Notes: generated from the letters alone by a model not told the origin. Positions 1 through 10,393 are shown, numbered from the stretch's first letter. The stretch: 64,000 nucleotides of DNA from an uncultured Alphaproteobacteria bacterium (GCA_963797365.1 CAWCPC010000007.1:48130-112129); one strand, 5' to 3'. Numbers and translations are program-made.

Positions 1-470
1 CCCACGACGTCGCCAGAGTCGGTGTGGAAGGGGAGGTGGGCGTTGGTCTCGTAGCCCCGCACGTCGATCTGGCCGTACTTGCGGCCGTGGTCGTAGACGT
101 GACCCAGCAGGTCGCCGCGCGGGTTCTGGGTGACGGCGTGCCCGAGATGGAGGCCCATCGCCCAGAAGATCGTGCCAACTTCCTCGTCGCTGTAGTCCCG
201 CGCGTTGAGGCCGCGCAGCACGTAGAAGCCGCGGCCGTCGGTGACTTCCTTCTGCCATTCGCGCAAGGCGGCCCCGAGCGTGGGCAGCGGGAAGTCGTCC
301 CGGTTGAGGGCCGAGAAGGGCAGGCCGCGCCGGGTGACCGATTGGACGGCCGCGGCGATCTCCACAAGATGTCCCGGCTCGAGATGGACGATCCACGAGC
401 CGTCATTGATCAGATCCCGGCCGTACCAGGCCGACGGGTGGCGCACGATCTCGGTCAGAATTTGGGTCAT
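1..470 (-). CDS. TauD/TfdA-family Fe(II)/2-oxoglutarate dioxygenase, N-terminal part (3' end lies beyond the window)
   Basis: ATG at 468-470 (minus). My translation is MTQILTEIVRHPSAWYGRDL...LPFHTDSGD, with the HxD iron motif. Absent from the ORF track because no stop falls inside the window. Confidence 0.7.
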   Translation of the reverse strand, partial: MTQILTEIVRHPSAWYGRDLINDGSWIVHLEPGHLVEIAAAVQSVTRRGLPFSALNRDDFPLPTLGAALREWQKEVTDGRGFYVLRGLNARDYSDEEVGTIFWAMGLHLGHAVTQNPRGDLLGHVYDHGRKYGQIDVRGYETNAHLPFHTDSGDVV

Positions 471-643
471 GGGCCCTTTCCCCAGCAGGCTGACGGCCGG
501 GGTTGGCCCCGATCCGCAGCGTCACCGTACCACGCCCTTTGCGATCGGGCAGGCCAGGAATGCAAGGCACGTGCCGCCGATGAGGCCTTGTCCGGGCGAC
601 GCCCGAGCAACACAATACGCGACGACCAACCGAGAGAAGCGCC

Positions 644-1933
644 ATGGATATCGTGCAGAACGCGCCCTACGACCTGTTGCTGAAGGGCGGCCGCGTCATC
701 GATCCGGCTCAAGGTCTCGACGGCATCCTGGATGTCGCGGTGCGCGACGGCCGGATTGCGGCGGTCGGCAAAAACCTGACGACGCCCGCGAAGGAAACGG
801 TCGATGTGCGGGGCAAGCTGGTGCTGCCCGGCCTGATCGACACCCATGCGCACGTCTATCGCTATGTCAGTGGCCGGTTCGGGCTCGACGCCGATACCGT
901 GGGCGTCCACTCTGGCGTGACGACGGTAGTCGACCAGGGCGGACCGTCGGTGCTGACCTTTCCCGGCTTTCGCGAATATGCCGTCAAGCCCGCGGCCACC
1001 CGCGTGCTCGCCTTCATCTCCGCCTACATGGTGGGTGGCCTCGAAGGACACTATTATCCGGAGCTCTATCGTCCCGACTGCATCGCGGTGGACGATACCG
1101 TGCGTGCCGGCCGCGAGAACGCCGACCTGGTGCGCGGCGTGAAAGGCCATGCCGAGATTGGCGGCTTCACGCGCTGGGGTGACGAGGCGATGCGCCGCGC
1201 CGCGAAGATCGGCCAGGCGCTCGACCTGCCGCTTTACATTCACTTCGGCCAGCTCTGGCCGTTGCCCGACGACAAGGATTCCTACGATCCTGACGCCATC
1301 CTGCCAGACATGCTCGAGATCCTGCGGCCGGGCGATATCCTGGCGCATCCCTTCACGCGCCATCCCGGCGGCTTCGTCGATCGCCATAGCAAGGTCCATC
1401 CGGTGGTGCGCGAGGCCTTGGCGCGTGGCTTGAAGACCGACGTCGGCCACGGCTCGCATTTCTCCTTCAAGATGGCGCGGCTGGTGCTCGATGCGGGTCT
1501 CGTGCCCGACACGCTGGGTGCGGACATGCATGGCTACAACACGACCATCCCCAAGCCGCGTGGCACGCCCGAGGCGCATCCCGACAAGGAAGAGATGCAT
1601 CTCTTTGCGGGCTCGCAGAACTTCTCGCTGACCTCGGCCATGACCAGCATGCTGGCGCTGGGACTGAAGCTCGAGCAGGTCGTGCCGATGGTGACCAGCA
1701 AGTGCGCCGCCATGCTCGGCATGTCGGACGAGATCGGCACGCTGAAGCCTGGCGTCGAAGCCGACGTCTCGGTGGTGGCGGACGAGGTCGGTCGGTTCCT
1801 GCTGAAGGACAATGAGGACACGCAGGTCGTGGCCGACCATTTCATCCGTCCCGTCTTCTGCCTGCGCGCCGGCAAGCGCTTCGACGCCGACGCCGTGATC
1901 CTGCCCAAGCCGCTTCTCGCCGCCGCCGCATGA
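644..1933 (+). CDS. metal-dependent amidohydrolase (dihydroorotase/deacylase-like)
   Basis: 429-aa ORF with LLKGGRVIDP...LPGLIDTHAHV, a typical amidohydrolase N-terminus. Its stop overlaps the next start (ATGA). Confidence 0.85.
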   Translation: MDIVQNAPYDLLLKGGRVIDPAQGLDGILDVAVRDGRIAAVGKNLTTPAKETVDVRGKLVLPGLIDTHAHVYRYVSGRFGLDADTVGVHSGVTTVVDQGGPSVLTFPGFREYAVKPAATRVLAFISAYMVGGLEGHYYPELYRPDCIAVDDTVRAGRENADLVRGVKGHAEIGGFTRWGDEAMRRAAKIGQALDLPLYIHFGQLWPLPDDKDSYDPDAILPDMLEILRPGDILAHPFTRHPGGFVDRHSKVHPVVREALARGLKTDVGHGSHFSFKMARLVLDAGLVPDTLGADMHGYNTTIPKPRGTPEAHPDKEEMHLFAGSQNFSLTSAMTSMLALGLKLEQVVPMVTSKCAAMLGMSDEIGTLKPGVEADVSVVADEVGRFLLKDNEDTQVVADHFIRPVFCLRAGKRFDADAVILPKPLLAAAA

Positions 1934-4275
1934 CGGCGGAGCAGGGGGGCCTTGGCGTCGGGGCGTCGCTTCGGCGCAAGGAAGACGCGCGCTTTCTCCA
2001 TGGTCGCGGCCGCTTCGTCGGCGACATCATCCGGCCGGGCATGCTCGAGGTGGCTTTCCTGCGCAGCCCCGTCGCGCATGCGAAGCTGCGCTCCGTGACC
2101 AAGCCCGCCGGCGGCGAGAAGAGTGTATTCACGCTCGCCGACCTGCCGGGCATACGGACCATCCGTGCCAACTCCGCGCTGCCAGGCTTCCGCGTCTCCG
2201 AGCAGCCGGCGCTGGCCAACGACAAATTGCGCCACGTCGGCGAGGCCATCGCCGCCTGCGTGGCCGAAACGCGTGCCGAAGCCGAGGATCTCGCAGGGGC
2301 CTGCATGCTCGACTACGAAGCCCTGCCTGCCGTGCACGACATGCTGGCCGCTCCGTTGCCCACGTCGCCGCTGGTGCACGAAGGCTGGTCGATGAACGCC
2401 TTCCTGGAGACGCGGCGCGATGACGACGTGTCCGGCCTCGATGCCATCGCAGCGGCAAAGGTGACGCGCGTGCTGCGTACGTCGCGCCAATGCATGGCGC
2501 CGATCGAGGGCAGGGGCGTGCTCGCCGAGTGGGACCCGCGGCTCGAGCAGATGATCGTCACAACCTCGACCCAGATGCCGCACGTCACCAAGACCGGTCT
2601 GGCTGATTGCCTCGGTCTCGATGAGGGTCAGGTGCGGATCGTGTCGCCCGATGTCGGCGGCGGGTTCGGCTACAAGGGCATCCTGCTGCCCGAGGAGATC
2701 GTCTGCGCGAGCCTCGCCATGCAGCTCGGCCGGCCGGTGCGCTGGCTGGAAGACCGTTACGAGCAGCTCACCGCCAGCGCCAACTGTCGCGAGCATCACT
2801 ATGTGATCACCGCCTGGGCAGACCGAGAGGGCAAGTTGCTGGGCGTAGAATGCGAGGCCACGGTCGATGCCGGCGCCTACTCTTCCTATCCGTTCGGCGC
2901 GTGCCTGGAGGCCGCCCAAGTTGGCTCGATCCTGCCAGGACCTTATGTATTGCCGCTTCTGCGCTGCCATACGATCTCGGCCTGCACCAACAAGCCGCCG
3001 ATCCTGCCTTATCGAGGCGTTGCGCGGACAGGCGTTTGCTACGCCATGGAGACCACGCTCGACGCGCTCGCACGCAAGCTCGGCATTTCGGCCGAAGCGA
3101 TACGCTTCGCCAATCTCGTACCGCCTGAGGCGATGCCGTACCGCAACCTGGTGGGCAAGGTGTTCGACAGCGGCGACTACCCGGAATCGCTGCGCCGGGC
3201 GGTGGCGGCCTTCGACCTCGATGCCATTCGCGCCCGGCAGGCCAAAGGCGAGGCGGTGGGCTTCGGCCTCGCCACCTTCTGCGAACAGGGCGCGCATGGC
3301 ACCTCGGTCTATCACGCCTGGGGCATTCCTTTTGTGCCGGGCTTCGAACAGGCACATGTGCGACTGAGCCCCGACGGCGTGCTGGAGGTGCGCGTGGGCG
3401 TGCACAGCCACGGCCAGGGCATGGAGACGACGCTGGCGCAGGTCGCGCACGAGATCCTGGGTGTTCATCCCGACAAGGTGCGTGTGGTTCATGGCGACAC
3501 CGCCCTCACGCCCTATTCGACGGGCACTTGGGGTAGCCGGGCGATGGTCATGGCGGGTGGCGCCGTGGCGGAGGCCTGCCGCCAGCTTGCCGAGCGCGTC
3601 GGTGCGATCGGTGCGGCGCTGTTGCAGGTATCGGCGAGCGATGTCGAGGTTGCTGACGGCAAGGTGCGCCGCCGCGACAATGACGGCTCGGTCAGCATCG
3701 CCGATGTCGCGCACACCTGGTATCGCGCGCCGCAGAATCTGCCGCCCGGCGTGAACAAGGGTGGCCTGGAGGTGACCGCTGGTTACCGGCCCGATCCCGA
3801 CACGGGCACGCACTCCTACGCCTGCCATGCTGCCGTTGTGCGAGTCGACACCGAGACCGGCGCCGTCGTGATCGAGGATTACCTGATCGTCGAAGACGGC
3901 GGGAAATTGGTGAACCCCATGATCGTCGACGGGCAGGTGCTGGGCGGATTGGCCCAGGGAATCGGCACCGCGCTCTACGAGGAGATGCCGTACGACGACG
4001 CGGGCCAGCCGTTGGCCGCAACCCTTGCGGATTACCTGCTGCCAGGGACCGGCGACTTGCCCGACGTGCGGCTCGACCACATGGAAACGCTCAGCCCCTG
4101 GACGACCTTCGGCCAGAAGGGCATCGGCGAGAGCGGCGCGATAGGCCCGCCGGGCGCCATCGTCAACGCGATCAACGATGCACTGGCGCCACTTGGCGCA
4201 GAGGTGACCGATCTGCCGGCCAGTCCGCCACGTGTGCTGGCGGCCATCGAGACCGCGCGAGCCGCCAAGCGATGA
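1930..4275 (+). CDS. xanthine dehydrogenase-family molybdopterin-binding large subunit (CoxL-like)
   Basis: 781-aa ORF with aldehyde oxidase/XDH a/b-hammerhead and Mo-cofactor domain motifs (GGGFG, GIGESG). ATGA overlaps on both sides. Confidence 0.9.
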   Translation: MTAEQGGLGVGASLRRKEDARFLHGRGRFVGDIIRPGMLEVAFLRSPVAHAKLRSVTKPAGGEKSVFTLADLPGIRTIRANSALPGFRVSEQPALANDKLRHVGEAIAACVAETRAEAEDLAGACMLDYEALPAVHDMLAAPLPTSPLVHEGWSMNAFLETRRDDDVSGLDAIAAAKVTRVLRTSRQCMAPIEGRGVLAEWDPRLEQMIVTTSTQMPHVTKTGLADCLGLDEGQVRIVSPDVGGGFGYKGILLPEEIVCASLAMQLGRPVRWLEDRYEQLTASANCREHHYVITAWADREGKLLGVECEATVDAGAYSSYPFGACLEAAQVGSILPGPYVLPLLRCHTISACTNKPPILPYRGVARTGVCYAMETTLDALARKLGISAEAIRFANLVPPEAMPYRNLVGKVFDSGDYPESLRRAVAAFDLDAIRARQAKGEAVGFGLATFCEQGAHGTSVYHAWGIPFVPGFEQAHVRLSPDGVLEVRVGVHSHGQGMETTLAQVAHEILGVHPDKVRVVHGDTALTPYSTGTWGSRAMVMAGGAVAEACRQLAERVGAIGAALLQVSASDVEVADGKVRRRDNDGSVSIADVAHTWYRAPQNLPPGVNKGGLEVTAGYRPDPDTGTHSYACHAAVVRVDTETGAVVIEDYLIVEDGGKLVNPMIVDGQVLGGLAQGIGTALYEEMPYDDAGQPLAATLADYLLPGTGDLPDVRLDHMETLSPWTTFGQKGIGESGAIGPPGAIVNAINDALAPLGAEVTDLPASPPRVLAAIETARAAKR

Positions 4276-5069
4276 AGCCCGCATCCTTCGCCTATGTCCG
4301 GCCGAACAGCTGGTCGGAGGCTTTGCAGCTCGTCGCCGACGGTGCGCGGCCAGGCGCGGGCACGCAGTCGCTGGGGCCGTTGTTGAACCTTCGTCTGGTG
4401 CAGCCCGACACGATTGCCGACTTGCGTCATCTGCCGGGCTATGCCGGCGTCGTGGTCGAGGGCGAGGTGGTGCGGATCGGCGCCGGCACGACGCACGCGG
4501 CGATCGAGGATGGTGCGGTGCCGGGCCGCGTCGGTCAGATCATGGCCGCGGTCGCGCGGGGCATCGCCTATCGCCCAGTACGCAACCGCGGCACGATCGG
4601 CGGCAGCTTGGCGCATGCCGATCCCGCGGCCGACTGGGTCGCGGTGCTGCCGGCGCTTGGCGGCGCCGCGGTCGCTCTCGGACCGCGAGGCGAGCGGCGC
4701 GTTGCCTTGGCACACTTCGTCAAAGGCATCTTCGAAACAGCGCTCGCCTCCGACGAGTTGTTGCTTGCGATCGAAGTGCCTGTGCTGCCTGCCGAAACGC
4801 GGTGGGGGCACTGGAAGTTCTGCCGCAAGGTGGGAGAGTTCTCCAAGGCTACGGCCTGCGTCCTCGCGTTGCCCGGAAAGGCGCCGCGCGCTGTGCTGGC
4901 CGCGTTGGATGGGCCGCCACTGGTGATCGAGGACGCGTCGATGTTGGCGAAGGATCCTGTCGCAGAAGCGGCCCGCATCGTGACTGCCTTTCCGGAACTC
5001 GGCGCCTGGCGCCGCGCCCTGGCGGAGACGGCGCTGCGGCGCGCCGTCGAGAGGGCGCGCGGCGCATGA
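4272..5069 (+). CDS. FAD-binding medium subunit of the molybdenum hydroxylase (CoxM-like)
   Basis: 265 aa. Has the RNRGTIGGSLAH motif typical of the FAD-binding domain of molybdopterin dehydrogenases. Confidence 0.85.
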   Translation: MKPASFAYVRPNSWSEALQLVADGARPGAGTQSLGPLLNLRLVQPDTIADLRHLPGYAGVVVEGEVVRIGAGTTHAAIEDGAVPGRVGQIMAAVARGIAYRPVRNRGTIGGSLAHADPAADWVAVLPALGGAAVALGPRGERRVALAHFVKGIFETALASDELLLAIEVPVLPAETRWGHWKFCRKVGEFSKATACVLALPGKAPRAVLAALDGPPLVIEDASMLAKDPVAEAARIVTAFPELGAWRRALAETALRRAVERARGA

Positions 5070-5545
5070 GCAAGATCGCGATCTCGCTCACCGTGAACGG
5101 CGAGTCGAAGCAGGTGCTGGCCGAACCGCGCGAGCAGCTCGCCGATCTGCTGCGACGCGATCTGATGCTGACCGGCACGCACGTCGGTTGCGAGCACGGC
5201 GTCTGCGGCGCCTGCACCGTCGAGATCGACGGCGCGCCGGCGCGCTCTTGCATCGCCCATGCCGGCAGTTGCGACGGTGCCACCGTTCGAACCATCGAGG
5301 GCTTCGGCGACGACGCCGTGATGGCCGACCTGCGCGAGGCTTTCTCGCAGGAGCATGCCTTGCAGTGTGGTTACTGCACGCCGGGCATGCTGCTGGTCGC
5401 CCGCGACGTTGTGCTGCGGCTTCCTGAGGCGGACGAGGCGCGGGTGCGCGAGGAGATGGCCGGCAATTTGTGTCGTTGCACAGGATATCGCGGCATCGTG
5501 CGTGCCGTGCTGCGCGTTCTGGCTGCCCGGCGGCCGCATGTATAG
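5066..5545 (+). CDS. (2Fe-2S)-binding small subunit of the molybdenum hydroxylase (CoxS-like)
   Basis: Internal ATG at 5066 of ORF 4232..5545. Carries CEHGVCGACTV and CGYCTPG...CRCTGY cluster motifs. Confidence 0.9.
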   Translation: MSKIAISLTVNGESKQVLAEPREQLADLLRRDLMLTGTHVGCEHGVCGACTVEIDGAPARSCIAHAGSCDGATVRTIEGFGDDAVMADLREAFSQEHALQCGYCTPGMLLVARDVVLRLPEADEARVREEMAGNLCRCTGYRGIVRAVLRVLAARRPHV

Positions 5546-5580
5546 CGCCCCGCCGCTTTTCCTTTGTGGAGGATGACCGC

Positions 5581-6498
5581 TTGACCATCGAATATGAGAA
5601 GCGCGACGGCGTCGCCTACATCACGCTGAACAACCCTTCCAAGGCAAATATCCTCGACAAGCAGACATCCGACGCGATTTCCGGGGCGTGGATCGATCTG
5701 TGGGAAGATCGCTCGATCCGCTGCGCAATCCTGACCGGAAAGGGCGATACGCACTTCTGCGGCGGTCATAACCTCGCGCCGCGCGAGAACATCACGGAGG
5801 AGGAGCGCGAGTATCTCCGTACGCAGCGCATCTTCTGGCCGCTGGCCGGAACCGTGCACGGCCAGAAGACCGGCGTCGACGGGCGCATGGGTGATCACTA
5901 TCCCCGCGTGTGGAAGCCGGTGATCGCCGCCGTGAACGGCTGGGCGGCGGGTGCCGGCCTGTACATCCTGCTTTCGTCGACCGACATCCGAATCGCAAGC
6001 GCCGAGCACGCGCGCTTCAAATTTGCTCTGCTGTCCCAAGGCTGGCTGGGTCATGGTCCCGGCGCCAGCTTGCTCGCCAAGCAGTTGCGCTATATCGATG
6101 CCATGAAGATCTTGCTGACGGACGAACCATTCGATGCGCAGGAAGCGCTGCGAATCGGCCTCATCAACGAAGTCGTTCCGCACGCGCAATTGCTGGAACG
6201 GGCGGAGAAGATCGCCCGCCACATCTGCACCCTGCCGCCGACTGCGGTGCGGATGATGAAGGAGTTCCTGGTGCGCTTCGGCGATTTGCCAACGGACCAG
6301 GCGTGGCACGTGCAGAACCTGATCAACTCGCTGCTCATTCAGACCACGATAGACGGCGAAGAAGGCCGGCAGGCGTTCAACGAGAAGCGCAAGCCAGACT
6401 TCGACGGCAAGCTGCGCAAGCGTGGCGAAGCCTGGCCGGATCTCTCGGAAGAGGATGCAAAGCGGCTGGACGAGGTGTATCGCAGCGGAGAGTTCTGA
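5581..6498 (+). CDS. enoyl-CoA hydratase/isomerase (crotonase) family protein
   Basis: DGVAYITLNNPSKANIL and AAVNGWAAGAG motifs. TTG at 5581 follows GGAGGA by 7 nt; in-frame GTG at 5566 is the alternative start. Confidence 0.8.
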   Translation: MTIEYEKRDGVAYITLNNPSKANILDKQTSDAISGAWIDLWEDRSIRCAILTGKGDTHFCGGHNLAPRENITEEEREYLRTQRIFWPLAGTVHGQKTGVDGRMGDHYPRVWKPVIAAVNGWAAGAGLYILLSSTDIRIASAEHARFKFALLSQGWLGHGPGASLLAKQLRYIDAMKILLTDEPFDAQEALRIGLINEVVPHAQLLERAEKIARHICTLPPTAVRMMKEFLVRFGDLPTDQAWHVQNLINSLLIQTTIDGEEGRQAFNEKRKPDFDGKLRKRGEAWPDLSEEDAKRLDEVYRSGEF

Positions 6499-6502
6499 GC
6501 GC

Positions 6503-8680
6503 CTAGACGAGCGCTCCACTCGTCCGCAGGTCGGCGATACGGTCTTGTGACAGCCCAAGGACGTTGCTGAGCACTTGGTCGGAATCCGCGCCCAATGTTG
6601 GCGCGGCGCCTGTCGTGCGGCCGAAACTTGTACGCCAGGGCAAACCCGGCAGCACACCTGCCCCGTGCCGATCCCAGAATTCGCGGGCAGCGAGATGCGG
6701 GCTTTTCACCAGGTCGACGTAGCGTGCAAGGGCGGCGGCGGGAATGCCGGCAGTCAGCAGCAACTCGGCTGCCGTTGCAGCTGACCGGGAGGCGGCCCAA
6801 GCCGATAGGATTGAATCGATTGCGTGCTGTGCGTCGATGCGCTGACCGAGATCAAGCGCGGCCATGCCGAGCAATCCCGGCACGAGAGTGCACAGCGCGC
6901 GCCATTCCGCGTCCGTGCGCGCAACGATGCTGATCCAGTCATCGTCGCCCGCACAGCGCCAGACGCCGTGCGGTGCATGGTGCGTCGATGCATTGCCCAT
7001 CGGCTTCGCCGGTGTACCCAGCTGGGTCGCGAGCAGTGGCTCCGCCATGGTCCACAGCATCGCCTCGATCATCGAGAAATCGATGCGTGCCACGCCTCCT
7101 TTGTGCTGCCGATGCCAGAGCGCGGCGGCAGCGACAAAGGCAAGCATCAGGCCGCACATCGGATCGAGCCACGCCAACCCGATGCGTGGAGCGATGTCGG
7201 GATGACGATTCAGTCCGGCAAATCCGGCGTAGCACTGCAGCAGCGTCCCATATGCTACCGCCTGTGACTCCGGCCCTGTTCGGCCCATCCCCGATGCAGA
7301 GATGTAGATGAGATCCGGGTTCGCCGTCTTCAGTGCCGCTGCGCCCAGACCGAGCCGGTCCATCACACCGGTGGCGTAGTTTTCGATCAGAATGTCGGAC
7401 TTTTCGGCAAGCGCCCGCGCGATCTCGACAGCTTGTGGCTTCTTCAGGTCAAGGACGATGCTCTTCTTGGCTTGACCAAGTACCGTATGCAGTTCCAATT
7501 CGCGCCCGGGGTCGCCTCTGCCGGGCGCTTCGACCTTGATGACCTCCGCACCCATGGCGGCAAGGTAGCGCGTCGTCGTAGGACCCGCGATCACCCAGCT
7601 GAAATCGAGCACGCGTATGCCGGACAATGGCATTGGACCGTGCGGCGCGCGCAGTTTGTGGCCCGCCGCGGTAATACTCAGTCCAAACGGCGTGCCTGGT
7701 ACTTGGATTGTTTTTCCGGCGAGATTGCTTGGCCTGTAGTAACGGCGATGCCGCATCTGCGGCGTGTCCAGGTGCTCCGAAACGTCGCGCAATGGGAAGC
7801 TGGGTACGTGCTCGCGCTGTGCCGTGTTCGCGATCCATTGCTTGTCGCGTTGCCTGGTCCATTGCGACATCAGTGCATGCAGGGCATCCCAGTTTTTCAC
7901 CCGATTGGCCTTGGAGACAAAGCGTGGATCGGTGCCCCAGGCGGGCGATCCCATCGCTTTCAGCCACGACGTCCACTGCTTCTCTTCGCGCGGGGAAATC
8001 GCGGCGTAACCGTCGTTTGCAGGCAGGATCGTTACCGTTGCGCCATTGCCGTCACCCAAGCGCTTGCGTTCCCAGCTTTTGTTGCTCAAGCCCGCGCGGG
8101 CGAGTTCGGTCATCGAGAGCGTCGCCAAGGCTTCGTGAATCGACACGTCGATAGATGCGCCGGATTGATCGCCCTGCGACGCATGCATGCCGGCACAGGC
8201 GGCGGCCAATCCACCGATGAACGCGGATTGCTCGCCGACGGGACGTATTGGCGCCTCCGATAGGTCGTCCAGCTGCCCCGTCAGCTGGCGCGAAATGCCG
8301 CTGGCAAAGAACAGGGTCAGGTCGGTGGCCGGATCATTTGCCCGAGGACCTGTTTCGCCATACGGAGAGATCGTAACGACAATCGCCGACGCATTGATTT
8401 GCCGTAGCTTAGGCAAGTCGTAGGGGCTCGCCGCCCAATCTTTCGGTTGTCCCTCGCGCACGATAAAATGCGCTGCTGCCAAGCCCTCATGCTGTGCCGT
8501 CGCATCTGTCGCAGCGGCTTTGCCACGGTTCAGGCAGGCTAGCAGCATTGTGCTGGTGCCGGGATCAATGCAGGTCACTTGGGCGCCGACGTCAGCCAGC
8601 AGTCGACCGCAAACGGCGGCAGCCGAACCACCGCCGATCTGAACGACATTAAATCCGGTTAGCAGCGTCACGCCGACCAT
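6503..8680 (-). CDS. fused double CaiB/BaiF (family III) CoA-transferase
   Basis: 725 aa with two family III CoA-transferase modules (N: FNVVQIGGGSAAAVCGRLLADVGAQV; C: IRVLDFSWVIAGPTTTRYLAAMGAEVIKVE). Confidence 0.85.
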   Translation of the reverse strand: MVGVTLLTGFNVVQIGGGSAAAVCGRLLADVGAQVTCIDPGTSTMLLACLNRGKAAATDATAQHEGLAAAHFIVREGQPKDWAASPYDLPKLRQINASAIVVTISPYGETGPRANDPATDLTLFFASGISRQLTGQLDDLSEAPIRPVGEQSAFIGGLAAACAGMHASQGDQSGASIDVSIHEALATLSMTELARAGLSNKSWERKRLGDGNGATVTILPANDGYAAISPREEKQWTSWLKAMGSPAWGTDPRFVSKANRVKNWDALHALMSQWTRQRDKQWIANTAQREHVPSFPLRDVSEHLDTPQMRHRRYYRPSNLAGKTIQVPGTPFGLSITAAGHKLRAPHGPMPLSGIRVLDFSWVIAGPTTTRYLAAMGAEVIKVEAPGRGDPGRELELHTVLGQAKKSIVLDLKKPQAVEIARALAEKSDILIENYATGVMDRLGLGAAALKTANPDLIYISASGMGRTGPESQAVAYGTLLQCYAGFAGLNRHPDIAPRIGLAWLDPMCGLMLAFVAAAALWHRQHKGGVARIDFSMIEAMLWTMAEPLLATQLGTPAKPMGNASTHHAPHGVWRCAGDDDWISIVARTDAEWRALCTLVPGLLGMAALDLGQRIDAQHAIDSILSAWAASRSAATAAELLLTAGIPAAALARYVDLVKSPHLAAREFWDRHGAGVLPGLPWRTSFGRTTGAAPTLGADSDQVLSNVLGLSQDRIADLRTSGALV

Positions 8681-8709
8681 CGTAGAGCGGTCTGCCCTCG
8701 CGCGCCTGC

Positions 8710-9414
8710 TCAGTAGATCGTTTCCTTGAGCCGCTGCGGGTAGTCGCGGTCATAGGTTTCGCCATCGAAGCCCTTCTGCAGCGCCTTCATGATTGTGCCG
8801 CTGCTCGGCAGGCTGCTTTCGTCAACATGCAGATGCGGGTCCCACAATTTGGACCGAACGAGTGCCTTGGGGCACTGCGTGTAGACACTTTCTGCGGTGA
8901 CGACGATGACGCTGCGCGGCAGCTTGCCTTCCATTACGAACGAGGCACAGAGCTCGGGATTGATGCTTATCGCTGCGCGGCCATTGATGCGAAGGGTTCT
9001 GCCCACACCGGGGATCAGGAACAGCAGCGCGATGCGCGGATCGCGGACGATGTTGCGTAGCGAATCAACGCGGTTGTTGCCACGTCGATCCGGCAGCATG
9101 ACGGTCCGGCTGTCCACCACGCGAACGAAGCCGGGCGGATCGCCCCGCGGAGTACAATCCAGCCCTTCCGGGCCGGAGGTGGCGAGGATGACGAAGGGCG
9201 AGGTCTCGATGAAGCGGCGATAATGCTCAGAGATGTGGTCGATCTCCTTGATCACGGCCGGGCCGGCTGGCTGGCCGTAGATCGCATCGAGTTGCGCTTC
9301 AGAAGTGACGAGGTCCGGCACAGTTCCCTCTCTCGGTCTGCTGGCGATGCTTGTTCCAGGTGTGATGGTATCTCTCAATCGGTTCCGAATCCAAGCGGCC
9401 AGATCTGGCCCCAT
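8710..9414 (-). CDS. pyridoxamine 5'-phosphate oxidase-fold (PPOX-type) flavoprotein
   Basis: 234 aa with the split-barrel FMN-binding pattern (SPFVILATSG...RGNNRVDSLRNI...). Start is uncertain. Confidence 0.7.
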   Translation of the reverse strand: MGPDLAAWIRNRLRDTITPGTSIASRPREGTVPDLVTSEAQLDAIYGQPAGPAVIKEIDHISEHYRRFIETSPFVILATSGPEGLDCTPRGDPPGFVRVVDSRTVMLPDRRGNNRVDSLRNIVRDPRIALLFLIPGVGRTLRINGRAAISINPELCASFVMEGKLPRSVIVVTAESVYTQCPKALVRSKLWDPHLHVDESSLPSSGTIMKALQKGFDGETYDRDYPQRLKETIY

Positions 9415-9490
9415 CCCTTGTTCAAGAATTGAATTAGCGTCAGTCGGATGCGGCGCTAGATTGTCGAGACCGAACAGGAGCTTGTCCCAA

Positions 9491-10393
9491 ATGAATCTTG
9501 GCGTTGCATTGCCCGTGATCGACGCCGAGGTCGGCGGCGATCCGGATGCGATCCGCGATTTCGCCCAAGCGGCGGAAGAGATCGGCTACCGCGATTTGTC
9601 CGCGCCGGATCACGTGCTTGGCGTCAACGCGGCGAGCCGCCCGGGATGGGGAGATCGAAACACGTCGGCGGATCTGTTTCAGGATCCGTTCGTGCTTTTC
9701 GGCTTTCTTGCAGGCTGTACGCGGGCGATCGGCTTTTCCACGCAGGTGTTGATCCTTGCTCAGCGCCAAGCAGTACTTGTCGCAAAGCAGGCGGCCTGTC
9801 TGGATGTCTTGTGTGGGCGGCGATTCCGCCTTGGCATCGGCGTCGGTTGGAACGCAGTGGAATTCGTCGGACTAAACGAGTCGTTTCGCAACCGCGGCCG
9901 TCGCTCCGAAGAGCAGGTCGCAGTCATGAAGGCGCTGTGGGCCGATCCCCACGTCACTTTTAAAGGGAAGTATCACACGATCGAAGATGCGGGGATCAAT
10001 CCTCTGCCCACGAGGCGTTCAATTCCCATTTGGCTCGGAGGCCATGCTGACGCCACGTTGCGCCGGGTCGCCAGTTGGGGCGATGGTTGGATGCCGCTCA
10101 GCTATGGACCGGGCGACGAGGCCAAGGCAGCTATTGATAGAATGCGCGCGTATGCCGAGGCCGCCGGCCGCGATTCGGCGGCCATTGGAATCGACACTAG
10201 GGTGACTGCGGGCATCGGAGATGAAGCCGCCTGGCGTGACACCGTTCGGTTCTGGAAGTCTTGCGGCGTAACTGATCTGACTCTCGGCACCTACTCTGGG
10301 CGAGGTCACCTCCGTCGCATCGAGGGCAGGTCTTTATCTGCGCATCTTGCAGCCATCCAGAGGTACTGGAACGCGGTTGCCGATCTGCTCTAG
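9491..10393 (+). CDS. luciferase-like (LLM) oxidoreductase resembling the F420-dependent Rv2161c-type subfamily
   Basis: Internal ATG at 9491 with AGGAG upstream. Sequence MNLGVALPV...DHVLG...GRRFRLGIGVGW...PIWLGGH...GDGWMP. Confidence 0.8.
   Translation: MNLGVALPVIDAEVGGDPDAIRDFAQAAEEIGYRDLSAPDHVLGVNAASRPGWGDRNTSADLFQDPFVLFGFLAGCTRAIGFSTQVLILAQRQAVLVAKQAACLDVLCGRRFRLGIGVGWNAVEFVGLNESFRNRGRRSEEQVAVMKALWADPHVTFKGKYHTIEDAGINPLPTRRSIPIWLGGHADATLRRVASWGDGWMPLSYGPGDEAKAAIDRMRAYAEAAGRDSAAIGIDTRVTAGIGDEAAWRDTVRFWKSCGVTDLTLGTYSGRGHLRRIEGRSLSAHLAAIQRYWNAVADLL

Noticed and set aside
1534-4284. 916-aa minus-strand ORF
   Set aside because: Antisense to the amidohydrolase and the molybdenum hydroxylase large subunit. 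Same high-GC antisense artefact.
8710-10393. Divergent PPOX-fold and LLM genes as an F420-dependent redox pair
   Set aside because: The PPOX-fold protein resembles FMN-type members as much as F420-type members, and no F420 biosynthesis genes are in the window. Cofactor assignment from sequence reading alone is not justified.
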